From positions 16,153,615-16,217,614 of the forward strand of contig CAVNZM010000002.1 of NCBI GenBank assembly GCA_963693365.1: a DNA stretch of 64,000 nucleotides, given 5' to 3'. The notes beneath the pieces are model-generated. The model was not told the origin of the DNA and ran no database searches. It saw nothing but the letters and a program-made list of their open reading frames with translations. Of the stretch, positions 44,129 through 57,797 are shown in pieces; the first letter of the stretch is position 1, and each line of letters starts with the position of its first letter. The stretch is from Amoebidium appalachense (taxonomy: Eukaryota; Protista; Ichthyosporea). Position numbers and translations under genes: made by a program.

Positions 44129-46426
44129 TTTTTCAAAAGTGTGAGTGGAAGTAACATGCACACAAACAGAAAAAGGGAGTACTTTAAAGATTGTTGCTTT
44201 GCGTTCATTAGGCCCGTAATGAGATCGCGGCTTGTGTGGCGAAGGCTTTTGGAGCTCACAGGTGGGTGCAGGATGAATACCGAAGGGCCGTCTACGGAGG
44301 AGTGCAAAAGCATGCCGCTATCGCCAATAGTGAATCGACAACAATGCCTCGAACCCTACAACTTACTTCTATCCGATTGTAACAAGTCACAGATACTTCG
44401 GGCACATGTTTCATAATATTTATGTAAATTCGTCTCCTTAAAACCGTGCTGAATCTCATATAAAAACGTGGGAAATCGCTTCCATTTTATCAAACTATTT
44501 CAATAATATCACGTTCAAATTGCCTCGCTCAAGGGCGCACCGCCAGGAATGTGGGCCCTGGTATGAATTGATCTCGTTTCAACTCGAGATCACAAATCGA
44601 AAGCCTCTTGAAGGGGTTCATACCACGGGTGACTCAAACATTTGAGTATTAGCACGAGCTATAGAACTGAATCAATTGATATGCATTTTTGTACCAGCGT
44701 CAAGGGGCCATACATACATAGTATACGTGCACTGTACGAATTTCAAGAGCACACAACAACCACATGCACATGCGCGCTTACACGCGCATCCTATTCCATT
44801 TCGTGACTATACGGAAACAGCAGTCACACTAACTTAGAAAATTCACATGCATACGTATATATACACAAGCACACTAAATATCACATTTTTATTTTGCAAG
44901 GCCGTCACGGTTCGGCGAACAAATCTGATGCCAGCAGTTGTCCCTGCTCAGCATGTGAACGTTTGCATAATCACATTGTGGGTGCACCATGGACAACACA
45001 ATAAAAACAAAAAAAAAATGTATTGCCATCAACATGGGACTATAGTACTAATAGGTAAACTCACGGAATCAAAACTCACATGTGCATACAGTGCGGCTCG
45101 TCATGGTAAGCTTGCTTGGCCTGCTTGTGTGCGTGCACCCCTGCGCTGCTCGTGTAGTTGGATTGATAACATATCAAGGCTCTTCACTGATGATCATGTG
45201 ATCGATATCCGGGATCGAAAACTTTTTTCATACCTACATGGTGTACATGCGCATCAAATGGGCCCAGCAGCTTTGTGTGTGGATACAATCAGCTCAAGTC
45301 TCTGTTCCTGGTTTTGTGATTTTTTTTGTGTATTACATTCTCGTTAGAAACATTTGGACGACCTTGCTGGCAGGCCCATCCATGGGCCATGGGTCCTGGG
45401 CCCCTGTGGCCGGACTCCGGAGTTGCCGTGCCAACTTCAAAGTTGACTTCTCGGAATAAAATAGATCTGCCAATCATTTCTCAAAATACTCTGTCAATAG
45501 ATTACATAAGAGCCAATCGGTAACAGACACTAAGTCACAACTGAGTGGAGCCTCCGGACTGCATCACTAATTCAGCACGTCACGGTGTGCGCATGTGTGC
45601 GTGTATGTATGTATGTATGTAGGCGTATATTTATGTGTGTGTGTTTATGTGTGTGTGTGTGTGCGTGTGTGTGTGCGTGTGTGTTTGTGTGCATGCCTGT
45701 CTGCGTGTATGCGTGTGCACTTTGTTCGCTTGCATGCCAAAATATCAGGCCATCAATACTAATACTATAGAGCGCCCCCAAGTACTTAGGAAGAAGTTCG
45801 TATTTTGGATATATTTGTATATCCCAGTATTATAACTCACATGCCGTGTCAGTATCAGTGTGTATCACGTAATAAAGATGTCGCGTCGATGAAGTTTTGA
45901 AATTGTATGATCTAGGTTGTAGAAAAATGTTTATCGGTATGCATTCTCTAAGATCGTACGTGGTGCGCCTCCTCGCGCACTTTCTTCTTAAAAATATTAA
46001 AAACCATATCTAAAGTTCTTTAGTCACACTTCGAAAAGGGGTATAAGTTATCTAATTTAGAACTGTCTCCGTAGGACAAAATTAGCGGATCATGCGCCGA
46101 ACGCACGCTCAAGGACCCAGGTCGCATATGCATGAGCGGCGCACGCAGCCATCCATGGCTCCATGGGGTCCGTGTGCCGCAGCCGCTTGCATGCGCATGC
46201 ATCGGTAAAGCACGCGACTCAGTAGCAAGGTTTTGAAAAGTTATCTAGCTGTACTTATTTATTTTTTGTAAGGCGGGCCGTGCACAATCAACACAAGCTC
46301 TGACGGTTTACGTCCGCATTTCTGCAATTTCCAAATTTTGGTCACTAGATTTACCAATAAAGTCATATAAAACGGCGCTGCACGGGTCAATGCCGTCAGT
46401 TTTCACTAGACAGAAGTTGCACTACT

Positions 46427-48184
46427 GTGCAGAGCAGTGTGGTAGTACAAAACTCCTCTTCAAGGTCTGCAGTGGCCAACGTTGCTGTGTTGTGGCTTCT
46501 TCTAGCCGCAATCATGGCGCAGACGCCGCCACTCTCCGCGTACCTGGAGTACGACGTGAATAATTACAAGACTGGTGTGCCACGCACAGTGTCTACTTTC
46601 TTTACAAATTACACGTTTCCGTCTCTTTTATCACATGTCAACTCCCAACAAACCGTTTCCCTGTTCACAGTTGTAGGTTATGATAACGTTGAGTGCATGC
46701 ACATGCTGTGGCGTTCCCTTGACGACCCTGCGCTTGTCGGCCCTCTAATGCACCTTGCGGGAATTGAAATGTATGAAGCCTTTGGAAGTGGGAAACTTGG
46801 ACACATACACACTCCAGAAATGCTCTGCCTGTGCACTTGACACTGCTTAAGACATACACGAGTCATACACCAACACATATGGCGTCTCTCACCACTATGC
46901 ACAAAAACCAGACATCACAATGGCTTTGCGTCAGGCATTTCATTTACACTTGCACACCCACTCGGCACACACCTACAACACCAAACTGCCTTAATTGAAT
47001 CTGGTCGTGCAAATCTTCTGCAAGCCATTAAAAAGCCAGACCTGCTGCGTGCCTTTTGTTTGAGTTTTTAATGACAAGCGAATATGTGCATAAAGTGTCT
47101 GCCTCCTATACGTTCAGTTCAGTTGATGGTGAAGTAAAAGAGGTTGACCAGGACTTTTCTGTTGGTTTATTTGATGCCCAGGACTTTTCTGTTGGTTTAT
47201 TTGATGCACTCTGCTCCATGACACAAACCAACTTAAGGATCTGGACACCCTTTATGAACCGCCTAAAACCCCGCCACTTAGTACTCCAGCCAAACCACAC
47301 CAGAACACTGGATATCCTGTATGAAGAGACACACACAGGATACAACTTATACAAGTTGCAAGAGCCTGCAGATGTTTTTGCACACATCAGCGAATGGAAA
47401 CTGGAAAACGTTGCACTGTTGATCCCAATACTCCCCCCCCCCCTTTACAGCTAACACAACTATACAACACACCTGCTTTCACCAAAAAGGCAAGAGAATA
47501 TAACAACATGTTTGCATTCACAGCCACGGGCTGGTCTCAAAGAATCGTTACACAGGCAGCTCCTTCATTTGTCAAGGTATGCGGCAGGTCATACCACAGG
47601 GTGCACGATTCAACTACCAGTCTTTCCAATATAAGGTACTGTATCTATGAAGGTATACGGGCAGCAGTTGCTGCTGCACTGATCGCTGTCATCAGCTTTC
47701 ATTTCACTCCTCGAAAGTGCTCTGTACGTATAGCATCTGAGTTCCGCTGACTAAGCCAAGCCTACCCAGACCAAGAAAACTTTCACGTAGCCTTTCAAAG
47801 CAATAACAGAAGAACTGCTACACCCCAGGCTCCCGAGATTGCAGCCTTATATGATATGGACCCAGTGCATGCAGGAAGACACGTAATATGGTTCCACCGA
47901 TTCTCAAACCAACGTCCCGAGCAAGTTCACTACCTCAATGAGCTATGTGAACCACTGCAATATGCTTTACTGTTTTTGCAAGGCACACCAGGTTGGAGCC
48001 TCAATATTACGTGTCTTCCTGCATGCACTAGGTGTCAGTCACAAAAGCAGCAAGACGACTACTGCAAACTACCCACTTCCACAATGTTGGCAGGTTGATG
48101 TCTGAATGGGCCTGTGACCAATTTTCACGAGCAGAAGATGAAAGACTGGACTGGGTGAGAAGTAGACAAAATATACATAAATGA
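46427..48184 (+). mobile_element. Degenerate, 3'-truncated Helitron (RepHel N-terminal region)
   Basis: Motifs spread across frameshifts: PPPLQLTQLY..AREYNNMFAFTATG..VCGRSYHR, EIAAL, EPLQYALLFLQGTPGW and GRLMSEWACDQFSRAEDERLDWVR, all typical of the Helitron Rep N-terminal domain. The Helitron-like motifs lie at about 47350-48184; the 5' boundary is uncertain. Confidence 0.82.
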
Positions 48185-48200
48185 TATATAGTATATGTAA

Positions 48201-48241
<41 letters not shown>

Positions 48242-49566
48242 AAGAAGTTCCGGATCCTGTATATTAATTTCTGCGCCTGTCAGTGAAAGTGTGCAGGCTA
48301 CATTGCGTCATATTTTAGTTTCTATAAAACCCTACAAACAAAAATAAAGCTCCACCAGGCAACAGTGTTGCCATGTTATGATATATCTTGTGCCTATAAA
48401 TTTTTCACCAAATACACTCTATGTTCTCTTCTCTTTCTTTTGACTGGATTTATTCTCTTCTCTTCCGCTTCAAATTCTGTGCACATGTCCCATGCAGGCC
48501 CCGCCCCAACGGGGCGGGGGGTACCTGTATTTACTAGTAATGATATGGTGCGTGTGTGCAGAGTCCATGCATGCATATGCTCAGGTGAAAACAAAAAGAA
48601 CATGTGGTATCATGGCCAATCATCTGGTTGTGAATCCGACAGAGGCTCTGAGTTTAGCCGTAATATACCTGCACAAAAGTATTATTATGTAGCACCCTTT
48701 TATGGCCCAAAACTCGTGAGCACTGAGATAACGTGTACATTGTACTTGATTGACAGTACTGACGGTAGAAATTTTGCCACATACAGTTGTAACGTCACAG
48801 ATCCACTTCTGATTGGTTGCATTAAACCGATGTCAGTGAGATCTAATCTAAGATGCACAGGAATGCAGCTAACAAACGTTTGTGATTGGTCCATTCTGCA
48901 TCATATAATTTCGCCAACTTGTTACTTTGCCTTAAGACTTGGCGGCTGGTGCTTGGCAAAACAATATGTAGACCGTTGGCGTTGGATGCCAACAAAACAA
49001 GTAATTATAAGTCAGCTGGTTATTTTAAATTTTTTATAACACTTTTTTTGCTTAAAGGGACTGCTCTTGATTATAGTGCAGCACATTCCCGATAAGATGT
49101 ACCCGTCATTCGTCAACCATCATCTTTCTTCTCCCTAGACCAGAGCTGATTGGAGTCATACCATTGGCTCAAAGTCATTGTTTTCCTTAACAGGAATTCT
49201 TTTACAACACCCTGCGCAATTGCGCATACCACTGAGTCTTTTTGTTTTGTTCGATCCCCATGCATGCCACAACAGAGCCTGACAGGCTGCCATGGGTGGC
49301 CCCTGGTGCTCGGGAGGGCACAGCTCACAAGGATGTGTGACAAGAGTTCAAATCCTGCATGCGTGATCAAGAAACGTTCACGCATTCGATGGCGCCGCTG
49401 CGGCATGCAGGCATGGGCAAATGCAAGGGAACTTACATCGCATGCAAAAGCGGGCTAGGATCCGGAGGGCGGAGGATTGGTTACAGGGCATGTACTACTC
49501 AGCGGCAGCCTGACCCGATGGCACTCACACGCGGCTTAAAAAGGATGACCATGCCCCGCATAAAAG

Positions 49567-50040
<474 letters not shown>

Positions 50041-50306
50041 TAGGGAGGGCCGGAGGTGGGTGGGAGGGAGGGAGGGAGGGAAGGAGGGAGGGAGAGGAAG
50101 AAGGAGAGGGATGCAACAAGGGAGAGAGTGTGTGTACGTGTGAAACAGTGAGTGAGTGCGAGAAAAAGAGATAGTGATAGGGCGGGGGATGTCCGAGGAT
50201 GGGGAAGGTGGAGGGGGGGGGGGGGGGGGGGGGGGGGCGTTATAATATCAGAATTTTTCTGTGTGGTGGCGATGGTGCCACGGTGTGTGTGTGTGCCTGT
50301 GTGTGC

Positions 50307-50337
<31 letters not shown>

Positions 50338-51136
50338 GGGGTTGAATGCGTTATTGTAGTACGTTACACATACGCAACGGACAACACGATGCAGAGTGCA
50401 AACCACACATAAATATAGCATGCATTACCGGCTACGGTAACGGCTCCCAGTTGCAGGCTAAGCAGGCGGCCATATATACCGTGAGACGTCACATCTAGAT
50501 TTACGTCATCTATGACTCATTATTTACACATTACGTCACAGTTTTTTTTTTTTTGGTTATTTTGACTTAAAAGTAAGAACCATTTATGGTACATTTGTGG
50601 AGCTATTATTGGTAACTAAATGCCACAAGCCATTGGTTTGAAGTGCAGACCGCCGAACATGCTTGGAGTGATCATTGCAACGGCCCCCCTTTCGTGAAAA
50701 GCAAGGTGGTACTTTTATGTAGTGTGTCAGTGTAAATTGCGTCTTATGCTTGCGCCTCCGGCAATTTTCTATAATGATTTCATATATATGTACAAAATGA
50801 TTTATTTTATTAAATCTTTTTATGTTTAGAGTTTTTGGTATGCTTTTCAGACTCGATGAATAATTTGAACTATGATAGGTGAAAAGTTACCCACACAGGG
50901 GTTTTTCCCCCTAGCTCAAAACTGCAACGCATATTTAGAAATGTTGTTGCTTTCGATTTGCATATTGGCTCGGCTCAGCCAAGTGCCCCCCGGGCACGAT
51001 CATCAGAAACGTACACATACCATGGCATGCACTGCCTCTCTACGAACAAAATCCAAATAAACACACCGCACGAAGAAAGCCCCTCTACCCTATCCTCCCC
51101 CTCCACTACCCTCAATGTGTGGGCGTGTGTTTGTGT

Positions 51137-51264
<128 letters not shown>

Positions 51265-51384
51265 ATGTATGTGTGCATGTGTGGGTGGGTGTCTGTGTGT
51301 GTGTTTGTGCCGTAGCCAATCAGCAAGAGACTAGCTAAAGACGGGGGAAATGTAACACAGCTCGGGCGGGTGGGTGGGGCTACA

Positions 51385-51546
51385 TAAGTAGGGGCCGACG
51401 GGGAAACAAAGCTAAGACGAGTAGAACGAGTCGCCGCCTATACACCATAGTCGGCTCCCTAGTGGCCACTGATTGTTGGAACACTATTCCAACCAATCAG
51501 TTGGCCTAAATACATCTCTAAATAGAGCTTGATGAATCAAACGAAG
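51385..51546. repeat. Direct repeat A, 3' copy of the DIRS-like element
   Basis: 162 bp, near-identical to 53844-54005. Confidence 0.95.
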
Positions 51547-51651
51547 CATTTAGAAATGTTGTTGCTAGCTGCGACCATATTCTTATTTTACAGAAATAAT
51601 ACACAAAGCTGGATGGCAGGAGCGGCGCGGCGAGTGATCTTCATCCAATCA

Positions 51652-53561
51652 TTAAGGGGGCGGGTACTGCCGTCCAATAGGAAGGCACACATTCGCCAAG
51701 ACCGGACACCGACCGGAAACACCACTTCTTAGGGGGCTAGGTCCGTGTGGGCCTGTGCCATCCCTTGCACCACCAGCCACAATAAGGCGGTGTCCCACAC
51801 CGGGACCACTAATATTCCCTGCGCACGTTCCCTCTGAATCTTCGCCACTGTCCGCTTGATCAAAGGAAACGGTGGCGCCCACCAGCTGGGGGCCTGCCAT
51901 TCGGTGGCAAACCATCTTGCCCACCGCTCACGGGGACCACCGCGGTCCATGTGTGAAACGTGGGTTTGACTGCTGTCACGGGTGTAGCAAACCGATCCAC
52001 CGCCGTGTGCAATCCGAGTGTCTGCTCGATACGCTCGACCCCCGCAGGGGTAACCGACCACTCGTGGCAGGGATCAATCCGCGACAACCAATCCGCACGG
52101 TCGTTCACTTCGCCCGGAATGTATGACAGCTCTTGGGGCCAGGGGAGCCCCTTTTCCAAACACAACTGCAGCAGCTGCCATAGCACTCGCTGCATAGCGG
52201 GGCTGCTGCTGCCCTTTTTGCGCACCGCGCCCAACGCGGCCTGGACGTCTGACTGCCAGTGTACGCGCTGGCGTTGGATCAGGGCCTGCATTTCGGGCCT
52301 GCGGTAGGCCTCGAGTAGGCCCTCGCACTCCGCCACTGCAGCCGCCGGCGGTGCATCGCTCTCCGCCCAACGACCGAAATCCTCCACAACATGCGTGGTT
52401 GGTAGGCCCAACTGTAGTACTGCCCCCCACCCGTGTGAGGTGGCAGCATCTGTGATGAGAGTGGCCGTGATAGGCTCAGGCCAGATTTCCGTGCGGGGAA
52501 GCCGACCTACTATACCCATGGTTTTACCGATAATGTGTAGCTGCCGACCCGTTAACCGCACAAAGCTATGCCGGTTCCCGCCGCGTAGAACACCATACAC
52601 CGGCCGGACAACCGTGAGTACATGAGGCACCGCCGCACGCAAACTAACAACCAACCCTGGCCATCTAGCCACCTGCTTCTTTTCCACCCACCGCCGTCCT
52701 TTGCGCACCTTAGCCATTATAGAACGTGTTTCCCCCGATAATTTTTCCAAAGACGCCACTGTGGGAGACAAATACCCTTCCTCCAAATTTATGCGGATGC
52801 CCAAATGGTCGAGGGCACTCACTGGGTCCCAATGACCCTTATTCGGATGCTTCTTAAGGCCGGTGACTTTCAATTCCTGCTCCACCACCCCGCGTGTGTC
52901 GAGTGCCCGTGCCGCCTGTTCGAAGATGGCCCAGTCATCAAGGAAAACCAACGAACGGATGCCGCGTGCACGTAACCGACGGGCGAACTCGCGCATAAGG
53001 CGCATGAAAAAGTAGGGACTGAGGGAGTAACCGAAGGGAAGCACCGTGTACTGGTAGAGTTGTCCCCCCACACGAATTTGGAAATACTTGCGGAACCGGG
53101 GTTGAATGGCTAGTGCAAAATATCGGTCTTCGAGGTCGAAACTGAAAGCGAGCCTCACCCGGCTGCGCGAGCGCCTGCAAGTCGCTGAGGGTTTCGTACT
53201 TGACACCACGTTCGACGGCGTATTCATTCACAGGACGCATATCAATAATGAGCCGGACGTTTCCGTTGGGCTTCCGCAGCCCAAAAGACTTCGAAACACA
53301 CCATTTTGCGCTTTCAGGCACTGTCTCGAGGGCCCCCTTACTCACTAACCGTTCAACTTCCACCACCGCTTCTGCCTCTGAAACTTCGCCGATATCCAGA
53401 TAGCCACCTGCATCAAAAGGGGCAGGACGCGCACTCTTCCATTCTGGTGTGATGCCGTACTTAATCCAGAACAAAACTTCTTTAGACGCACCGCCACTCT
53501 CCCACTCATCTACACAGGCACGAACTCTCTGATACAATGGCAGTTGGGATGCATCTCCCAT
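51652..53561 (-). pseudogene. DIRS-type pol: reverse transcriptase, RNase H and N6-adenine methylase-like domain, with at least two frameshifts
   Basis: ATG at 53561. RT: W..GASKEVLFWIKYG, RKPNGNVRLIIDMRPVN, FDLEDRYF, LPFGYSLSP, FLDD. RNase H: TDAATSHGWG, SD, YIPGEVNDRADWLSR. Methylase: VDRFAT, WAPPFPLI..I..E.A.GILVVPVW. Frame changes near 53150 and 51915. Confidence 0.9.
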
Positions 53562-53843
53562 CCTGCCTTCGAAGAAAATTTAATTGAGACACTACACCTA
53601 TCTGCAGCACTACGCGCGCTCGCAAACAGTTTACCTAAAGCACTACGCGCGCTCGTAGAACCTAACTAGAAAGGGCCGCAGCCCAGTTGCCCTCAGGCCG
53701 TGAGTGCAGCTCACCCCTACGCAAATAGCTATCTATTTAGATCTACCCACCACTGCTAATTATGCTCCACAACTGCTACCCGGGCGCCACGCCGCCCTAC
53801 CGAGCTAAGCCGAGCCTCCTGCCGTCTGTCGTCCATCTACAGC

Positions 53844-54005
53844 TAAGTAGGGGCCGACGGGGAAACAAAGCTAAGACGAGTAGAACGAGTCGCCGCCTAT
53901 ATACCATAGTCGGCTCCCTAGTGGCCACTGATTGTTGGAACACTATTCCAACCAATCAGTTGACCTAAATACATCTCTAAATAGAGCTTGATGAATCAAG
54001 CGAAG
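53844..54005. repeat. Direct repeat A, 5' copy of the DIRS-like element
   Basis: 162 bp, near-identical to 51385-51546. Confidence 0.95.
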
Positions 54006-54736
54006 TAAAGTAGAAATTTATTATTATTATTATTATTATTATTTATAATGACTTTATTGATATGCTCAGCAAAATAGAAGCCATCGAGATATCACCGATA
54101 TCTCAGAGAAGAAAATACAAAAGCGCTCACTCTCGGATATGGAGGAAATAACGACTTAAATAATCATACACCCTAGAAATCGGGTAATGTAAAAGGCAGG
54201 GAGACTGCATGTCCCTGGTTCTATGTGCGTAAGACAACACGAAACTTGTCGCAGATAACTTTATTTGATTTCGAGAGTAAACCATCGTCACGCAGGAAGC
54301 AACGAAACCGTCTGTCACACGTTATTGCCGGCCCAGTTCCAGTTATCGTGATACATATTACAAGCAATTCGTGCCGGGGAGATAAGAAGAACCATATATG
54401 GGAAAATAATTTATGTGATCTGTGTAAGGTCGGAGGCCGGCAAGACCCGTCTATGGCCATTAGATGTTTTACATGTGCACCTCATACTGGTGTGTGTTTT
54501 GGTGAGTTGTGTGTGTGAGTGTGTCCGTGAGTGTGTGTGTCTATGAGAGTGTGTGTGTATGCGCGTGTGCGTGCGCATGTGTGTGTGTGCGCGCGCGAGA
54601 GTGAACGAGTGTGTGTGTGTGATCAAAATGCACATCCCTAGGTAGCTACTGCCTGTGCACTATTAGACAACGAGTGTGCATGTGTGCTGGACAGCAAGGG
54701 CAGGGGGTAAGAGGAAGTCAATGCATATGTCGCGGT

Positions 54737-55808
54737 CTAGTTAATCTTTAAAACACCACCCTCAAGTTTAAACGCCTTCGACTCAATCCACTTAACAAAT
54801 TCCTTATTTAGCTGCTTCTTTGCAACCCCTGCATCCTTCCCGGTTTTCTTTAAATAATCCTTAACGACAACCTTCCTTATTTTCTTCATAGACCCACCGT
54901 TCTTCTTTCCATTAGGCTCCGCCTCGATCGCAGACTTTATCGCCGCCTCCCAATCAAAATCTCCCGTCGTTGACCCATTTTGGCTACTTTTGGGCTTTCC
55001 CGATTTGTCAGTTTTTGCCTTCTTTGCCTTCTTCTCCGTTTCTTTCTCCTCCTCCTCCTCCTCCTCTCCCTTCTTTCTCTTTTTGCTCTTCTTTTCAGTG
55101 TCTTTGCTCTTTTCTTCCTTCTCCTTTTTCTCCTTCTTCTCCTTTTTCGCCTTCACCTCACCGCTTGCTGTTGCATCTTTCGTTTCCATCTCTTCCTTCT
55201 CCCCCTCGGATTCCTTCTTAGCTTTCTTTGGCTTCTTTTTCTTCCCCTCGCTCTCTTCCTCCTTCTCCTCCTTCACCTCCTCTTTCACCTTCTTTTTCTC
55301 CACTTTGGCTTTCTTTGATTTTTTCGTTTCCTTCTCCTGCTCACTCTCACTCTCCTCTTCCTTTCCCTTCTTCTTCTTCTTCTTATCCACCTTTGTTTTT
55401 GGCTTCGCCTCCTCTTCCTCTTCCGACTCACTCTCTGATGACTCTGCTTCGCTCTCCGAACTCTCCTGTTTCTTTGCAATCTTCTTTTCCTTCCCGGTTT
55501 TCTTCTTTTCCTTTTCTTCTTCGCCAGATTCACTCTCAGACTCACTCTCTGATGACTCCGCTTCACTCTCCGAACTTTCCTGTTTCTTTGTACTCTTCTT
55601 CTTCTCTTTCCCGTTTTTCTTCTTTGCCTTTTCTTCTTCGCTTGACTCACTCTCAGACTCGCTTTCAGATGACGACTCCTTCTTTTCCTCCTTTTTGGTC
55701 TCTGTTGGTTTGGGTGCTTGCTTCGTTTCACTCTCCGATGCTGCTTTCGACTCGGTCTCACTGAAGGAAAAAGACAAACGGTTACAATCGGAAAAGTACC
55801 AATAAGGT

Positions 55809-55866
<58 letters not shown>

Positions 55867-56374
55867 AAACACGGAGAAAGGAAAAAAAAGAAGTGCATAT
55901 GCCAGTACACGATTGTTATGATCAGTGTATGTTAGTGGAAAGAGAAAAGAAGAGAAAAGGGGAGGAAGCCAGCCCCCCCCCCCCCCCCTCCCCCCCAACC
56001 ACCACCACCAAAAAAAAACATATCCTATCCCGTCCCTCCTCCTCCCCTCCCCTCCTCCCTTCCCATCCCCCCAACCATCACCCTCAAAGGCACCGAAAAA
56101 ACGACCAGAAGCATGCCTACACCACCGTTCCCTCCTTCAAACCATCAACCCCCAACACGAATCAGGGGGTGCTATGCAGATAACACCTGCCTTCTGTGCG
56201 GGTACAGGGCAGTCTATAACTCTCTTTTTTGTCTACTTTGTTCCCTCCATTCTTTCTGATTTTTCTCTCACAGGTCAATGAAGCATCAGGAAGGGGGGCA
56301 GGGGGGGAGAGCGAGTCAAACAGGTAAATGAAAAGGGACCATATGGGGAGTTGTCTGTCAGAGGGCGGAAATCC

Positions 56375-56406
<32 letters not shown>

Positions 56407-56525
56407 AAAAAAATAAAAAAATACACACATACACATCTTCCCCCCCCCCCCCCCCTCCTCCTCCCCCCGCGCCCGCCCACCACCACCACCACCACCACCC
56501 ACTCACTCAGACATACAGTTGCACA

Positions 56526-56560
<35 letters not shown>

Positions 56561-57754
56561 ACACCACACACACACACACCTTGTGGGCTGTGTGTTTGCC
56601 TTGTTGATGTACTCGTCAAAGATGTGTGCAATCATCTGCGGGTCACGTGTCTGCACCCACCCATCCACCAATCAGTGTCGACCAATAAGATTGGGCATCA
56701 CTTCTTTGCCCTATTGCCTAATCTTCATCCACCCATCCTCCTCCCCCCCTCCCTCCCCCCGACAAACACACACAAACCCGATCCCCCTGACACACACACA
56801 CACACACACACAAACAGACACCAAAGCACGGCTCCATTTCACTACCTATCGTTCTGTGTCCTACAACAGGTGTTGTCGAGCCAAAGCACAACGTAACATA
56901 GATCATCTGCAACCACTGCACCCCCCTCCCTCCCCCCCCTCCCTCTTCTTTCTCACCTTCGTTATCTCCCCTCCCCCCCAAACCCCCCCTCTCCCCCTCC
57001 CCCCCCCCCCCCAAAAAAAAATAAAAATTAATAAGATAAAATAAATAAAAAATTATCATTCAGAACATCGCTGGCTAGCCCCATTGCCGCCAAAACAGAG
57101 TAGCCTGTCCCAACATTTATTCAAAATGACCCACCTAACCACATCACGTGAAGAATGTGCCTGTGTGTGTGGGTGTGTGATGGTGGTGGTGGTGGCCGCA
57201 GGGGCGGGGGGGGGGGGGGGGGGGGGGGGCATCGGAGTGGGAGAGGAGGCCGAGGCGATTAATCAGATAACTGAAGAGCAGAGAAGAGAACGGAAGTGCC
57301 AGAGGAGAGACAAGAAAAGCACAGAGAGGGCGAAGGAAGAAAGGTAAACCGGTGGAAAACATCTACCAAAGAGGGTCTGAAGTCGAGATAATCTTTCTCT
57401 CTCGCTGTCCCTCCCGTTTCTCTCTCTACCCCCCCCTTCTCCCCCCCCACCTCTTCCTCTCCATTCCTCCCCACAACCACCCTCTCTTGGCATTCTTAGC
57501 ATTCTAAGTACATATGCACAGCAAACACACAAACACACATGGGTGTGTTTGTGTGCCCCTGTCCCTCTCTTGCATGTGTGTACGACTACACATTCGTGTC
57601 CTCGACTTTTTGCCCGTCCATGTGTGCATGTGTGTGGAGGGGGGGCAGAGTAACATACCCCAAGACTGTTGCGTGCAAAGTTTTCGAACTTTGCCTTCTT
57701 CCGAGGAATGTTGTCATACTCGACAAGTTTCTCAAGCACAGCACGTAGCTTGGG

Positions 57755-57797
<43 letters not shown>

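Larger units (their letters stand above)
51385..54005 (-). mobile_element. DIRS/PAT/Ngaro-type retroelement: RT-RNaseH-adenine methylase between 162-bp direct repeats; no gag or YR seen
   Basis: Direct repeats at 51385-51546 and 53844-54005 (3 mismatches by eye); no TG..CA ends and no TSD; internal pol-like ORF. Confidence 0.9.

Noticed and set aside
48365-49039. 224-aa ORF after the Helitron fragment (also 44847-45347)
   Set aside because: No recognisable motifs and no Rep HUH or helicase signatures; treated as chance ORFs or decayed repeats.
53988-54005. Hammerhead ribozyme (TTGATGA..GAAG) in the DIRS repeat
   Set aside because: It lacks the CUGANGA/GAAA core and the required stems; the segment is better explained as a simple hairpin.
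51385-54005. Ty3/Copia LTR retrotransposon
   Set aside because: No TG..CA termini, TSD, PBS, protease or integrase; the RT/RNase H/methylase motifs are DIRS-type.
54970-55998. Long F/S/L-rich plus-strand ORFs and an R-rich alternative-frame ORF
   Set aside because: Antisense or alternative-frame shadows of the K/E-rich LYAR exon.
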